Origin: Octopus vulgaris | Lineage: Eukaryota | Assembly: GCA_951406725.2 (NCBI GenBank) | Contig: OX597816.1 | Span: 98,332,001 to 98,396,000, forward strand | Direction of reading: 5' to 3' | DNA: 64,000 bases | Part shown: positions 28,337-42,112 of the stretch, piece by piece | How the letters are laid out: every line of letters begins with the position of its first letter | Numbering within the stretch: the stretch's first letter is position 1 | Notes under the pieces: generated by a model | Databases searched by the model: none | What the model was told of the DNA's origin: nothing | The model's input: only the letters and a program-made list of their open reading frames with translations | Position numbers and translations under genes: made by a program

Positions 28337-28388
28337 GTCTTACAGCTGTTTCTAGGATATTAATTAATAATATCCCTTCATCAGAGAC
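28337..28388 (-). ncRNA. Type I hammerhead ribozyme motif, canonical core
   Basis: Minus strand gtct-CTGATGA-agggata-ttattaattaa-tatccta-GAAA-cagctg-TA-agac; stems I and II pair, palindromic stem III ACAGCTGT, GUA site. Confidence 0.85.
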
Positions 28389-28569
28389 GGTGTGACACAC
28401 ATCGGGAGAGAGAGACAGAGAGACAGAGAGTGAGAAGCGAGAGAGGAAGAATTGTAAAAGTAAAGTTCTTTCCCGAGATATACACGCTGATATGACCAGT
28501 TTCCCGGTTTCCATGGCGTATTTATTCCTCACCTGGACGGGAAGTCGGTCCGTCACAGGATTACTCATG

Positions 28570-28678
28570 TTTGCCCTGTGTATTGCATAGAACACAACTC
28601 GTGGCACAATTTAGAAATCGAAACCACAATCTTACTATTATGAGTCCAACATCCTAAACACTGAGCCACACGAATCCA
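28570..28678 (-). mobile_element. Degenerate tRNA-derived SINE head
   Basis: Minus strand gtgtggctcagtgtttagg (box A) ... ggtttcgatttc (box B) ... gttgtgttct. Confidence 0.5.
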
Positions 28679-28742
28679 CTATATATGGATAGATGGACGG
28701 ATGGACGGATATACACACAGGCAGACAAATAGGTAAATAGAT

Positions 28743-28787
<45 letters not shown>

Positions 28788-29158
28788 CATACATACATAC
28801 ATACATACATAGATAGATGGATGGATAGAGTGTTTTACTCACTGAGCTCATAAAGTAGTCACTAATTAAGTGATAACATGAAGTTTAGTGATTTGTTAAG
28901 TGTGCAGAAATAAGCAACAATAATTTATGAGATAATTCTAGAGTTTGTCATTTTAGAACAAATATATGTCAATCTATATCTATGGAAGATATAAACCGCG
29001 TACTACATTACTACTCGGCTTCAAATTTACAAAATAACGTATGCCACAAAATTACATATATATGTACATCTATCTATCTTTCTATATATCTTATATATCT
29101 ATCTATTTCTCCCTCTCTTTCTCAGTATATATATATATACATATATATATACATATAC

Positions 29159-29238
<80 letters not shown>

Positions 29239-29401
29239 CAACGATTTGCCTCACCACACACCGAATTTAGAAATAGCAGTCAAAGAGTTATGGCTATTCT
29301 TTCTACATAAAAGGGAGATCCCAGTAAAACCACAGCACTTAAAAGGCAAACAACGCAGGCAAAAGAGAAAGAAATGACGACAATCATTCTATATTAAGTC
29401 A

Positions 29402-29492
29402 CCTACGGACGTACGTTTCGAAATTAAGTCATAGGAAAGCATAAAAATTAAATAATTATGTCTTACCCAACTATTTTTCTCTTCAGCGTAGG
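29402..29492 (-). ncRNA. Type I hammerhead ribozyme motif with long loop II
   Basis: Minus strand cctacg-CTGAAGA-gaaa...tttc-GAAA-cgtacg-TC-cgtagg; perfect 6-bp stem I, palindromic stem III, GUC site. Confidence 0.85.
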
Positions 29493-29689
29493 ACTCTTCA
29501 ATTATAAATAATTGCGTCTCAATTATTAATAATTGTGTATTAAATTTGGAGGCACTAGAAGATATCACCTCAACTCATGGTATCAGAGCGAGCGTAGGCC
29601 ATTACCAGTACCACCAAATTCAAAGGGTGAATGAATGTAAGTCACCATCCTCCTCCCACCAGCGTGCTGCCAGAATTTTTCCATTCTTC

Positions 29690-30603
29690 ATATTAAACAG
29701 TCTGTGATTTTTGTAGTGATGATGGTGGGGTGTATCGACTGTTCAATAGGACGAATTTGATCAGATAAGGTGCTTAAATAGCCTTGACTTAAATTCTGCC
29801 ATTAAGGGAAAACATTGGGCCGGCGGATTTCAAAGATATACACCCACCACCTCAGATCATTACAGATATTCCATGTTTAGCAGTTGGAAGAAGGAAGTCT
29901 GGATCAAATGCTTCTTTTGGCTCTCTCCACCTGGTCGGAAATAAGGTAAAGGAAAACTCAAACTCGTTAGAGAAAATAACATTTTCCCACTGCTCTAAGG
30001 ACCAATTCTGCTAGTATTTATTTTTCTCTAAACGCTTTGCAACGTTTGTTTTTGAAAGTAGTCGTTTTCTGATTGTAGCATTCCTATGAAATCCAGCTTT
30101 GTGTAGCTCCCGGCAAACAATATTTATGGAAACAGGGTTCTCGAGGTGGTCATTAAGCTCTGCAGTACTTTTGGGGGACGTACTTTTGTGTTCCTTTTAA
30201 CAATTTGTAAAAGAGCACGACGGTCCCCATTTGAAAGTTTTGGTTTTCTTGTGGAGTTTTGTTTCGGTGAAGATGTTTTCCCCTCCTTCACAAAGGCTGT
30301 CATTACTTCCGAGACAGTACTTCTTGATACACCAAATATTTCGTCTGTTTTCGTTACGATAGCACCTGCCATACGAGCACCAACAATTTGACTTCTTTGA
30401 AAGTCCGGTCAATCTGTCATTTTAATTCATTTTAATTACCTTTTTTCTGATGATATCTGAAAAGAAACGGCAATTTTAGCAAAACATATTAAGGAACACT
30501 AATAATAAATCAGAAAACAAAAATAAATATGTTTTTACGGTATTATTGTTATTCCAAAATTATGATGCTATCGTGCTAGGTGTTTCCAGTATTTTGTCCA
30601 ACC

Positions 30604-30607
<4 letters not shown>
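29690..30607 (-). mobile_element. Tc1-like transposon relic (5' TIR plus decayed transposase); left boundary approximate
   Basis: Peptide GAIVTKTDEIFGVSRSTVSEVM...KTSS.KQNSTRKPKLS..DRRAL (Tc1 HTH), downstream WENVIFS-like and P.AKHG-like relics; end ttggggttggacaaaata next to TA. Confidence 0.75.
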
Positions 30608-30678
<71 letters not shown>

Positions 30679-33600
30679 GTATACAAAGAAAGAAAGGAAG
30701 ACAGAAAGAAAGAAAGACAGACGGAACAGAAATGTAATAAGGTTTACTACAGCAGTTTCAGATGTGTTCTTTGTTGATAAATAGCGTGATTACATCGTGA
30801 AAGAAACCACTTTCTTCAGATGAATGAACACCTTAATATTTATAATTGTAAATTTTGTCCGAAAAAGTAGCAAGATGTGACAACAAGTATCAATATTTGA
30901 CATCAAGTAAGAGTGTGAAGATATACTGTAGAATAGCCATATATCATATGGAAGAGTGTCATAAACCCGTCTATAGTAAAATCTCCACTAAATGTTGTGT
31001 ATTAAGTAGTTATCAATGTGTTGTTCCGAAAAATATCAATTGTATCTGTGAATTTATTTCTACATTCATCGAAAGTGTGACAAGCGTAGCCATGAGATAT
31101 TCCCAATCCATCGTCTCTGTATAGATCAATGTCGTGAGATCTTAGTGTATTTAAAATAATGAGACATGATTGCAAATGTCCACTCTGTGATACGGTACCA
31201 TCGATACATAAAGCAATTCATCTGTATCGGGGGTTTTAACCCATACTATGCCCTTACTAAACAGAAATGTTCTTGCTCGAATGCATGATAAAGTCCAGGT
31301 TCCTGTGATCTATTCAACATATGGTTTTGCGAACTCAGTCGCCTTATACAAATGTGACTTCGATATTGAGAGATAAAATTCTATGGTATGAAACTGTGCA
31401 AATCTGGCCCTACGTTAATTATCTTACCATTTTTCCATCTTTCCACTTTTTGCATCTACCTTCTCGTTTTTCCTCAGGATTTCTCTTATTCAAGCATCCT
31501 CATTTTGCAAATTGAACAGGCCAGGTGCTCGAAAACACTGGAGAGTGCTTGGAGACACAAGGTAGATTATACTTTGCCTAGACTGGCATCGCCAGTGTAT
31601 GGAAGTGTTAACAGTGCGTATGTTCATAGCGTACATTAATGTTATTGATTACTTATTGGATGGAATACTTTTTCTGTTGATATTACCTTCACGGAAAAGG
31701 TAACTGCATATGCACTTATATATATGTATATATATATTTGTGTGTTTGTGTGTGTGCATCTGTTATCGTGTTCGCGCCTATAATTTTATCCCACACCATT
31801 TCTCTCTCCGAATTCAACTCTGAAGTTAGCTGCGTGAAAACAGACACTCATGGATAAGGTAGCAAGGCTGAACCCTAGCTCACGTTTTAACATTTTTGCA
31901 AATTAAAGGTTATACCAACACAAAAACGCCTGTAAGTATTACCGTCAATTGCAAGCTGGCATTAATTGCTATAGGCATCACGTTTCTCCGAATTCTTATA
32001 CGTGACAGTGTATTCATGACCCAAAGTCTACCTAATGGAGCATCCGTACTCCAGCAACTGGAATTAGAGAAGGCTATACTAAAACTAAACTGGTTCTAAT
32101 TTTTATGATGGAGTATAACCCCGATCTTCGCAATACAGTAAACAATAAGCATTATACACATCCAGGGAACACTGAAAACTAACTTGCAGTCATAAAATGT
32201 AGAGCATCTTGTAGTGATTAGCTTATGTTTGGAAGCTCTATGTAAAGACAGGAAATACACAGACACTCTTGCATATAGAAAATGTCATCAGCATTTTCAT
32301 ACGTAAATTCACACACATAAGAACGTATATACTGTATAGCAGAAATGCAGGCCTCAGGTAAATTATTCATGAATCATATGAACATTTTCTACGTCTTTAC
32401 AAGGTATTTTTTATTACCTTTTAGTTAGCTGGACAGGCAGATCCCATAAACCATCACAGTTACTCTGAAGCTAGTTAGAGGGAATGGAAAAGGTGTTCCA
32501 AGTTGTAAACATCGTTCGAATCTTTGCATTAGGGTGAATTCTGTTGATGGCAGTCAAATATCCTGGTTATGTCAGTCAAAACTCCTGGGAGATGAATTAA
32601 GTCTACATCAAATAAACCGTTGTAGAATATCAACTTTGAATGTGAAAAGAAATAAATACATGGATAAACAAATATATAAATAGCTAAATGACTACGTAAA
32701 TTATAAGTAAAAGACCAATAAATACTGAAAGGTGCATCTCCCGACGGTCTTAAGGATCCACCAATTCTACCCACCCTGACTGTATCATTTTTACTGATCC
32801 AAAAACACTTTTGACATCAGCGGTCAACTCAATTAGTGAACACAGGGAAAGTAATCGAAGTAATGCAAATCATGAATAATCTAGCTTTCAAGAATTATGT
32901 TAGACAGAACATTCTAGCATTGAATTTGGTTTTGCTTTAAACTGCTTTTACCGTTTATAGATATATGTGTATTTCTGTGTGTTATTCTGAAATTATACTA
33001 TACGTGTATATGTTATGCATGTTCCTTCTACTAAATACATGATGCTTGAGTGTACAAAACTGCGTTAGTACTTCCGTGAGATAAAACGTATGCAATATCT
33101 TAATGTTGATGTAGCATCCGAATAAATTTGAATGTGACTTCAATGATCAAATATATTTAAATTTAAACTACGTATAATAACATTTTGATGATGTATGAAC
33201 TTTCATTTTTATTATTTGATCAATAAAGTTTTAAACACAACGAATGTTTAGATATAGTTTTATTTATATGTTCGCAGTTAAATGTAGTGTTTCGATTAAA
33301 GTGGATGAATTTTTATTGGAATTCATCATGATTGCTGCGTTTATAGTCTATAATAAATTTAATTATCAGTTCATTAAATTTAATAAATATATTTTTAAGA
33401 ATATATTTTAATCTTAATTCAATGAGTCAAATGTTAAATGATCAGGCTTGATCTTTAGTGAGATGAATAAAATGAGTTAGATATTTATTTTAGCTGTTAA
33501 TATGTTTATTTGTTTTAATGTTTGCGTTTTAACCTATAAAGTTTGACGAGGAAATGTATTTCACATACACTTATAATCTAGTTTCAGAATAGTATGAATG

Positions 33601-34099
33601 CCACCCAATATCCTCAAATAGTATAACTACTGAATGCCTCAAAACTTTAATTTTGAAGGGACACCTGTGTTTTGGTAACAGAATGCTCGTCGGAATCAAT
33701 ACATTAATGTTTTTGTCCGTCAGCAAAGAACGAGCTCGAAACGAAAGAATGGCTGAAACCTATGGTACACATTATGCTGTATTTAAAATTATAATGGTCT
33801 AATATGAATACGTCTACCGTGCTAGAGGTACAAATTAAGATATTAACTGTATTTTGTAATTATCCAAATATTAATATTTCTTCTGAAACGTTCAATGAAA
33901 AGAAATTTTTCTTTGTCTTTTTCCGATATAATCTTAATGCTGTTCTATACTTGGCATAATATATATGTAAAAAAATGAAATAATCTCAGCTGAGTCGTGA
34001 TTAACGGTCAGACGATAATGGACTAAAGAAATATATTGTTTTTGCATAAACTAGACTGAGCAGGGATGTCTATACATACATGCATACATGCATTCATAC

Positions 34100-35593
34100 A
34101 AACATACGTTGGTATCTACATTCCTTCAGGAGACTAGCGGGAAATCTATCAGGGCCTACAGCAGAGTAATGTTTGACCTCATTTATTGCTGCTACGATGT
34201 CAGTGGCAGTGAAGGTTATGTCTGAGATTTTGTGTTGGGAGTGAACTTCGTTCGTTTCCCTTACGTCAATATCAGTGGGAACACTAAAGACAGAGCAGTA
34301 TTGTTTCTGCAGTATTTCTGCCATTTCTTTAGTATCGTGTTGGGGAATGCCGTTATCATCAGTCAATAGCCCAATGGGTGAGACAGTGGTTCTATGCTTA
34401 TTTGCATAAGAATAGAACACTTTTGGGTTCTGTTTGATGTTTTTGATTACCCATTGTTCCTCCACAGCTTTCATGTTGGTCTGCAGATGAAGTTTTTCCA
34501 GTTCTAGTCTTTTCATTGTTGTTGAATGTGGATGTTGTGTGTGGGAATATTTTAATTGGTTGATTTTTTTGTTGAGTCTTTTGATGCGCCTGATGAGTGT
34601 TTTTTTTCTTTTTAGGTAGCCGGTTTTTGTTTGTGTAAGTAGATTTCTTGGGAGCGTGTTTAGAGCATGTATAGGTGACAATGTTTTCAAAGTGCTGCCA
34701 CGCGGTTTCAATATGAGAGGAATTGAGAGTAAAAGACCAGTCGATGGAAGACAGATCCTTTCTGATTGTTCCCCAGTCCGCTTTGTGGAAGCTTATGTTG
34801 TCAAATGGGTGCCATGGAGTGGGATTGGCTGGTTTGGTTTTTATATGTCGGGAATTAAGATTGCAGAGTACCATGTCGTGGTCTGAGAGGAGAGTTTTTT
34901 CGACTGAAATACTGTGAACATAGCTAGAGTGATTGGTCAATACCAGATCCAAGATCGTTTTATTCTGTCTCGTTGGTTCAAGCACTATCTGAGTCAGGAA
35001 ATACTCATCCATCAGATTAAAGAGCAGTTCTGCTGCTGCTCTATCTGATGTAGAGCACTTGCCTAACTTCAGAGTATTTGTGGGCCAGTTCACACGAGGG
35101 AGGTTAAAATCACCCATCACTAGTATGTTTCCGGAGTGGTACTTCCGAAGGAAGGACTTGACTTTGCTAAGGCACTCTTCAAAGTACTTTAGAGGTGCCT
35201 GGGGGGCCTGTAAAGACCAACAATGGTTATGTCCTTGGCTTTGTTGTATAGTGATACCGATTCACAGTAGCCATTGGAAAATATGTCCTTGGCATCAAGT
35301 GAAAAGGAGTCATGGATAAAGATGGCTGTCCCTCCCTTATTTCGGTCTGTGCGATCCGCACGAACAATGGTGAAATCTTTTATTTTCACCTCTGCGTCCA
35401 TATGGGTGTTGTTCAGGTGAGTCTCGGTAAGGATAATGAAAGGGAAGCAATGTGCCATTTCGGCAAGCCAACTCTCTATATATGGGATCTTCCATTTTTG
35501 GGCAATAATTGATGGGTTGATGCCACGTACATTTAACAGGAATGTCGAGGTAAGGGAAGTTGGTAATGGGTGAGTGGTCCTTGTGATTTGCAT
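34100..35593 (-). pseudogene. LINE ORF2 (APE endonuclease plus pre-RT region), frameshifted and truncated
   Basis: ORF pieces 35189-35593, 34398-35120 and 34094-34711 carry consecutive ORF2 motifs. Confidence 0.9.
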
Positions 35594-36810
35594 AGATGGT
35601 TGGTGATAACTCGCTGGATCTCCTGGCTTAGGTCGGCCTTCATATTTTCTAGGTATGTCAGTAAAAAAGAGTTACTTGTTTGGTTTGCCACTTGGTCAGA
35701 GGATACATATTTCATGTTGGCGTTGTTTGGTGTTTTTTCATGGTTCTGTCTACGTTGTTTGATTGTGGGAGGGGAAACGTGGTTGTATTTTGTTCTTGTT
35801 GTTGTCCTAGATTTCCTCTGTTCCTGTTTATATTTATTCTGTGATCGTTTTGTGCCCTTCAGATGGTGGTGGTTGCATTCTGGGTTCAGGCACATCCTTT
35901 GTGAGACAGAGGTTTGGCACAGTTTAAGATGGAATAAGGTGCATCCATTGCCTTTTATGCATCCGTATTTAGGATCAGAACCATGGATTCTGTATTTAGG
36001 ACAGTATTTGGGGTGGAGGTGGGGGCAATTTTTTCCTGTTATACCGTATGGACAGGTGCCCATAACAAGTCTACGACATAAGGTCGGATGGGAAAAAGCA
36101 CAGCGTCCATTGTTGTTTGTGCCGCTGGGGCCAAATCTACAATTGCCTTTAGAATAGTAACGACAGGGGTTTTTATTTGGTTGTACTAGTGGTTTTTCTA
36201 TTCTGGCAGTAGTAGCAGTAGTGTTAGAAGCAGCTTGTTGATTTTGTGATGGTGGGTTCTGGCTTGCCAGAATGTGGTCAAATCTGCAGCTGCCTTGAGA
36301 GTAGTAATGGCAGATAGTTTTACGTGGATGTAGTAGTGATGTTCCTCTTGTGGCGATAGCAGTAGTAGTGAAGAGTTGTTTTTGTTGTAGCAGCATTGGA
36401 ACTTGACTAGTGGTAGTATTAGAGTGTTGTTGTTGTTGTTGTTTTTGTTGCTGTAGCGAAGGTGAAACTTGCCTTGGTTCATCAGGTGCTGTTGTCAATG
36501 GAAGTAGGTCAGTTGATTGTTGCTGTTGAAGTGACCCCTGACCTGTTGGAATTTGGTCATTTGGTGTACTGGATTCGTTGGCAAGAATGGCTTTTAGTGT
36601 AGCCATGTACGCGTGAAAAATAGGGAATATCCTAACAATTTATTTTATTTTATTTTCTATCTGTTTTACAGATCTGTGAAAGGATTTTTTCGTTAAATCC
36701 TCAGTTATTTTACTGTAAACATTAGCTTCGTTGTGATGGATGAAGCAAGCGTTAATCATTGCAGTAATTTCATTTTCAACCCAGCGGCGTTTTTGAAAAT
36801 TATTGGCCAT
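35533..36810 (-). pseudogene. LINE ORF1: Myb/SANT-like N-terminus, Gln/Thr-rich linker and multiple CCCH zinc fingers; one in-frame stop at 36640-36642
   Basis: RRWVENEITAMI...VYSKITEDLTKKSFHRSVKQIENKIK* continues in frame as IVRIFPIFHAY into MATLK; CCCH units CHYYSQGSCRFDH, CRYYSKGNCRFG...CAFSHP, CRRL.MGTCPYG...CPHLHP, CPKY...CIKGNGCTLFH, C...MCLNPECNHHH. Confidence 0.75.
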
Positions 36811-37821
36811 ATTCAGTGGGGTAGTGTTGTGTAATATATATATGTACGTATGTGTATGCGTGTATATGTATATGTACACCAGTTATTGATGGCTTGATGT
36901 AAAATAGTGAATACACCGTTGAAAAGTTTGTGTCGATATACTCGGAAATTCGTGGCTTGTGTGTGTGAGAGTTCAGTGTAATTAGTACAATCTAATTAGT
37001 ACAGTCAGGATGAGCGGTGTGTTTAATACAGATCAAGAAAAAAGAATTGTACTCACGGGACTAGTTTTAGAACTAGTCTTGGGTTTAGTATTTAGTTTTG
37101 GGTTGTAATTCTTTCTTCAGGTTGTATATAGATTTGTATAAATTTATCCTCCGATGGTAGTAAAAGAGTAGTATAGTAGGATTGTAGAGTTCAAAAGTTT
37201 TGAGATTAAAAACAAGGAGAGTTTATGTTGGCTTGAGTTGAGTTGAGTTAAATTGAGTTGAAATATGCTTCTTTGGTTAGTTACTGACGGGAGCTATAAA
37301 AAGTACGTCTTGTCACGACGAGTGCCTGACTATATATTTTTATTGATAATTTTTATATAGAATAGTCATTTAATTTTTTTTTAATATTTATGTAATTAGA
37401 TATAGACTATTACAGATATTAGATTATTGGTGGGTTTCGTACCTTATAAATTAAAATTAATATTTAACATTATAATAGATTTTGATATAATCATAATTGT
37501 TAAGTTTTAAGTTTCTAGTTTGATAATAGAGTTTATTATAAGTAAAATTATTATATTATTTATATCTTTAAAATATTGTTTAAATATTTTTGATTATTTT
37601 AAAAATATTTCAATTAACCTGAAGATTGACTGTAACCATAACTCGAATTATTAATTTAATTTGAAATTATTGTTATTCGAATTGGTACAGTCAGGAAGAT
37701 CGTAGTGTTTTACTCTTCATCTTTTATTAAACTTTTAATACTTTTGATATTTATATAAATTTTAAAAAAATAAATAAATAAATAAATAAATAAAATAACA
37801 TATAAATATAAAAAATATACA

Positions 37822-37860
<39 letters not shown>

Positions 37861-38035
37861 ATATATATATTTAAAATTTATAAGTTTAAATTATTTAAAT
37901 AATTTTTTAATTTTTAACTTTTATATTTTTAAATAAATTTTTTATATTGGCTTATGTTGTTCACTGTTTGATTTGCCTAATAGTGGTTTTACCTCTAATT
38001 TAATATAATATATATATATATATATGGTATGGGTA

Positions 38036-38270
38036 AATGGTAAAATCCCCCTTTGCTCATGGATGACCATGGAACTGCCTCTAGAAAGTTCCCCCGAGGT
38101 ACAAGTCCGGGCAAGGTTATGAAAGACCAGGAGTCGATCAATCATACCAGCCTCTCCTTTCCATGCCATTATGTTACCCAAGGGAAAGACAAAGGCTGAT
38201 ACATTTTGGTACTAGTGACATCGCAACTCCTTTCTGCAGTTGAATGAACTGGAGCAACACGGAACAAAGT
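38036..38270 (-). mobile_element. 3' half of a SINE, same family as 42349-42688
   Basis: Reverse complement matches ttgctccagttca.tca.ctg.aga...gagttgcgatgtcac...ccttgccc.gacttgt.cctc. Confidence 0.75.
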
Positions 38271-38629
38271 AATGGTACCAGATATCTCAGCTTTTTTAAA
38301 TAAATAACTGCAAATAGAATTTGATTAGACATTGAGTTGGTTATCGCATTTTCCTTACAATGGATCCTATGGTGGATTTTTTTTCAAAAGATGTATAGTT
38401 TGACTAGCATGACATATATATGCTGTTAGTATATAGTCATGTCCCTACTTATATGCTCATGTCACTTTTTCGTCACTTCAGCTCTTCTGCATGTCTAGTA
38501 TGGTGTCAACAAAATTCATCATTGTGCCATGTACAAATGTCTGTAAAACGATAAAGGAAACCTTAGTATGTAGAGTCCCTAGATTAATTTGTAGCTATGA
38601 TTTATACCATTTCAAACAAACTGCTATGA

Positions 38630-39050
38630 TTACTCTGTGTTAATATATGGACATGAAACATGGACATGAAAAGGAAGAGATGCTTGGTGAGCAGTGAAAT
38701 GTTGTCCTTAATGAGAATATTGAAGAGAGCAAGAAAATGTCTAATGAAGATGTGTTGACTCGGGCTCCGGTAAATAGGAAGCTGCTTCGTTAGATAAGGT
38801 ATACGGAACTGCGATTTCTCGGTCATGAGATGAAGAACAAAAGTCTGCAAAATTTAGTAATTATCGAAAAGATTGATGTGAAAAGAAGGAGAGAAAGAAG
38901 AAGGATGATATGCATATCGTGCGTGACGAATCGGATGGAAGAAAGATGCATTAAACATCATAAAGTGGACGTGTTACATAAAACGAAGAACAGAGAACTG
39001 TGGCAGGACAAGATAGCCTATATCCTACACTCTGGACATGGCACCTAAAT
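38630..39050 (+). pseudogene. RTE-clade LINE 3' fragment
   Basis: Relics LIYGHETWT, LRFLGHEM...LQNLVIIEKIDVKRRR.R, TKNRELW...IAYI...GHGT*. Confidence 0.7.
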
Positions 39051-41862
39051 AAGAAAAATTGTGAGAGAAAAGGTTCAGCTAGCTCTGAACAGATATAAAA
39101 TATAGACACAATTTCATAGCTAATGACGCATCACATTACATGTAGCACGTGTAGCAGTTCCTGTCTGCAAGATGCATAAGATCTGCAGCTAGTTGTCACT
39201 TGTTAATGAGGTGCTGAACTAGAAATTCAAATTCAAACTGACAGTCTGTGGAAGCTAGTCAGCATCAGTTTTATCAAAAATGAACATCAATTATGTATGA
39301 TACTCTATGTCTTGTGCACATTAAATGAAGGTTTGAAATAATGCGTTATATGGAATTTGAAGTTCTAACTTTGATGATAGTTCTATGTTAGTATTATTAT
39401 GCTGCCAAAGTACACTGTTACTCTGGAAGCTACCAAATCTTTGATGACATACTTATGACATGCGTTAACTAGATTAAGGAAGCGCGTTTAGGATGACGCA
39501 TAATGTGCCTCAATGACATATTGAAATAACAGCCAATTGCACCATTAGCTGGAGGTTCAATGTACCTAAACGGATCAAGATTATCTAATGCAAAATATTT
39601 TGGAAAAGATCGCAGCTATACTCACAATGGCTTTAAAATATTTAAGTATTCAATATCTTGATAATGTTGGGTGTAGGTTTTTCTGTCACTTGAAACACAT
39701 TAGACGTGCAGTGAGAAAGATAACATGTGATTTCAATACTTCAATAAATTATACAGCCGTGAACTATTGGTATCAGGTCTATTTGCATTTATGTAAAAAT
39801 GATGTGATGTTCCACCTTGCTGCCAGAAATGAATTTGATTGTTATTGTTATACTAAAAGTTTCGCAGAAGAAATACTGGTCCTTGTTTAACTAGCTCTCT
39901 ACATTAAACATATTTGTCATTTCGATTTTAACTCAATTACATAAAGAAATTGTAAATTTATTTAAAACTCTCTCTTAAGTAGAGTTCTCTTTGAGGAGAT
40001 CAAATATATTTATAGCGAATTGTATTTGGAATTGTCCCCCATACTTGCTAACATTTAAATATTAGTCATTTAATTACAGTTGTATTTTTCTTCGCTGCAT
40101 AATTATTTACACATCTGTCGATGATGCTCTCTACTTTAAAATTGGTATATTAATATTACATTCACTTATATTGTAAATGAGAATTCGAAAAGCGTTTGAT
40201 TCGGATAGGTGCTTGTGGAAGAGAAGGCTTTAACAGTACTTAGAATGTAATGTGTAATTGTTATCAAAGCATTCCTATTTCTCTCAGAATCCGGATTTTT
40301 GCATTAATATATCTGCCAAGCTTAACTGACACTGCATCAGTGATTGCTATGCTGCATTAGAAAATATTTCCGTGATGACAATGTATATGAAAACTGAATG
40401 TTTACCTCTTCATAGGTGAAGATAAATGCAAAGACTTATTTTCCATTTCATATCATAGGCAAACTAATTCCAACAGTTTGCCGGAATTGCTGAAGGCTTG
40501 TGACAGAAATCTGAGCAAACAAGTAGGCAAGATTCCTAACCAAGTGCATTATTGGCATTGCTTATGGAGAATGCAAGATGCGATTTATTAATCACGTTTA
40601 CGCTCAAGACATCGAGTTAGCATTATAGAACGAATGTCTAAAATTAAGTTTAAGATTGAAACAGAGAGACTGAAGGCCCTAGTATTTAATTGAGGCTCAC
40701 AAAAAAGCAAATATTGCGCAGATGTGGGCATAGTATTGCACAATGTATCTAAATACTTATGAATTAGTCAATTAGTGTATGCTTAAACGCAAACTATATT
40801 TTAAGTTTTTAATCACTTTTACAATTATATGATCGTATGCGAAGAGGGCAGACTGAATTGTAGTAATATAGAATTACGCTCTATCACTTTATCTGCTATG
40901 AATGGCATTTATGGTTTTGTTACATTTTATCTTTATATTTTGTTCGCCACAGCTTGATAGCTTGTTGGTCTGTGGAAATCCCAGTCAATGTACTATTTGG
41001 TAAATAGGGAACGAGATAATTACAGCTAGTTTTGAAATATGCATTATGGTGTTCTCTTTCGACTTAAGACTTCTATGTGTTGTCTCGGCTCAGTCGTCGT
41101 CGAATTACTGAAACAAATAAGAGAATGAAAGAAAATATAAATCTTTTTGGTAATTTAAAGTTTTTAAAAAACCTTGTATTCGGCTTATTCTCATAAATAA
41201 TACTGCCTGAGTATATGTATACCATGTGAAAGGACTCACGATTTCAGACACTTAAAAATTGTTGTTGTTTATTTCAGTAACAGCATTAGGATATGTTGTC
41301 GTACCTATAATAGTTCATACTATAACACCTATAATAGATCAACAATATAGCAAATGCGGCCATACACAGATATGTATGTGTGTCCACATACAGAGAGTGG
41401 AAATAATGTAAGACAGCAAAGATCGCTTAAGATATTTAGTTATACAAGCTTATATGTACGTTGCATTTAGATAAGGTAATTGATATTTGCATAATGAAAA
41501 TTACATAATCTATTCTTAATGTTAAATCGTCAGAAACTTTAACATTTATACTTAATATCATTGGATTGAAAACACACTGCCAAAATCAATGATAGGGGAA
41601 TCTACAACCGATTATGAATAATTAACTTGGAATTTATTTATATTTCGCTTCATACACTGGAATCTGCTTAATTAAAGAACTGTGGGAGGTAGATATGAGA
41701 CAAAATGTTACTTAATAGAAAGTATACGGAGACATGACAGATTGATTATATATATTTAGTGGAATGTATTTGTATGCGTTGTTTTTCCTTTCATGCTAAT
41801 TAACTCCATCATTATGGGTTTGTCTATTCAACTGTACACACATCTTCATCAATAGTAAAAAG

Positions 41863-41898
<36 letters not shown>

Positions 41899-41911
41899 CA
41901 TACACACACGC

Positions 41912-41943
<32 letters not shown>

Positions 41944-42002
41944 ACGTATGCTAGTGTGTGTGTGTGTGTAGATATAGATAGTTGTGAACATGTGTATATC
42001 GG

Positions 42003-42039
<37 letters not shown>

Positions 42040-42061
42040 TTATCTATCTATCTATCAATCA

Positions 42062-42112
<51 letters not shown>

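Larger units (their letters stand above)
34100..37330 (-). mobile_element. Non-LTR retrotransposon (CR1/L2-like LINE): 5' UTR, ORF1 and the front of ORF2; 3'-truncated before the RT core
   Basis: APE endonuclease motifs LNVRG, LTETHL, RADR...GGTAIFI, LYRPP, GDFNLP, PTR...LDLVLTN, SDH; then NPKVFYSY, EIL..QYCSVFS and SAVGPD.FP..LLKEC. Confidence 0.92.
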
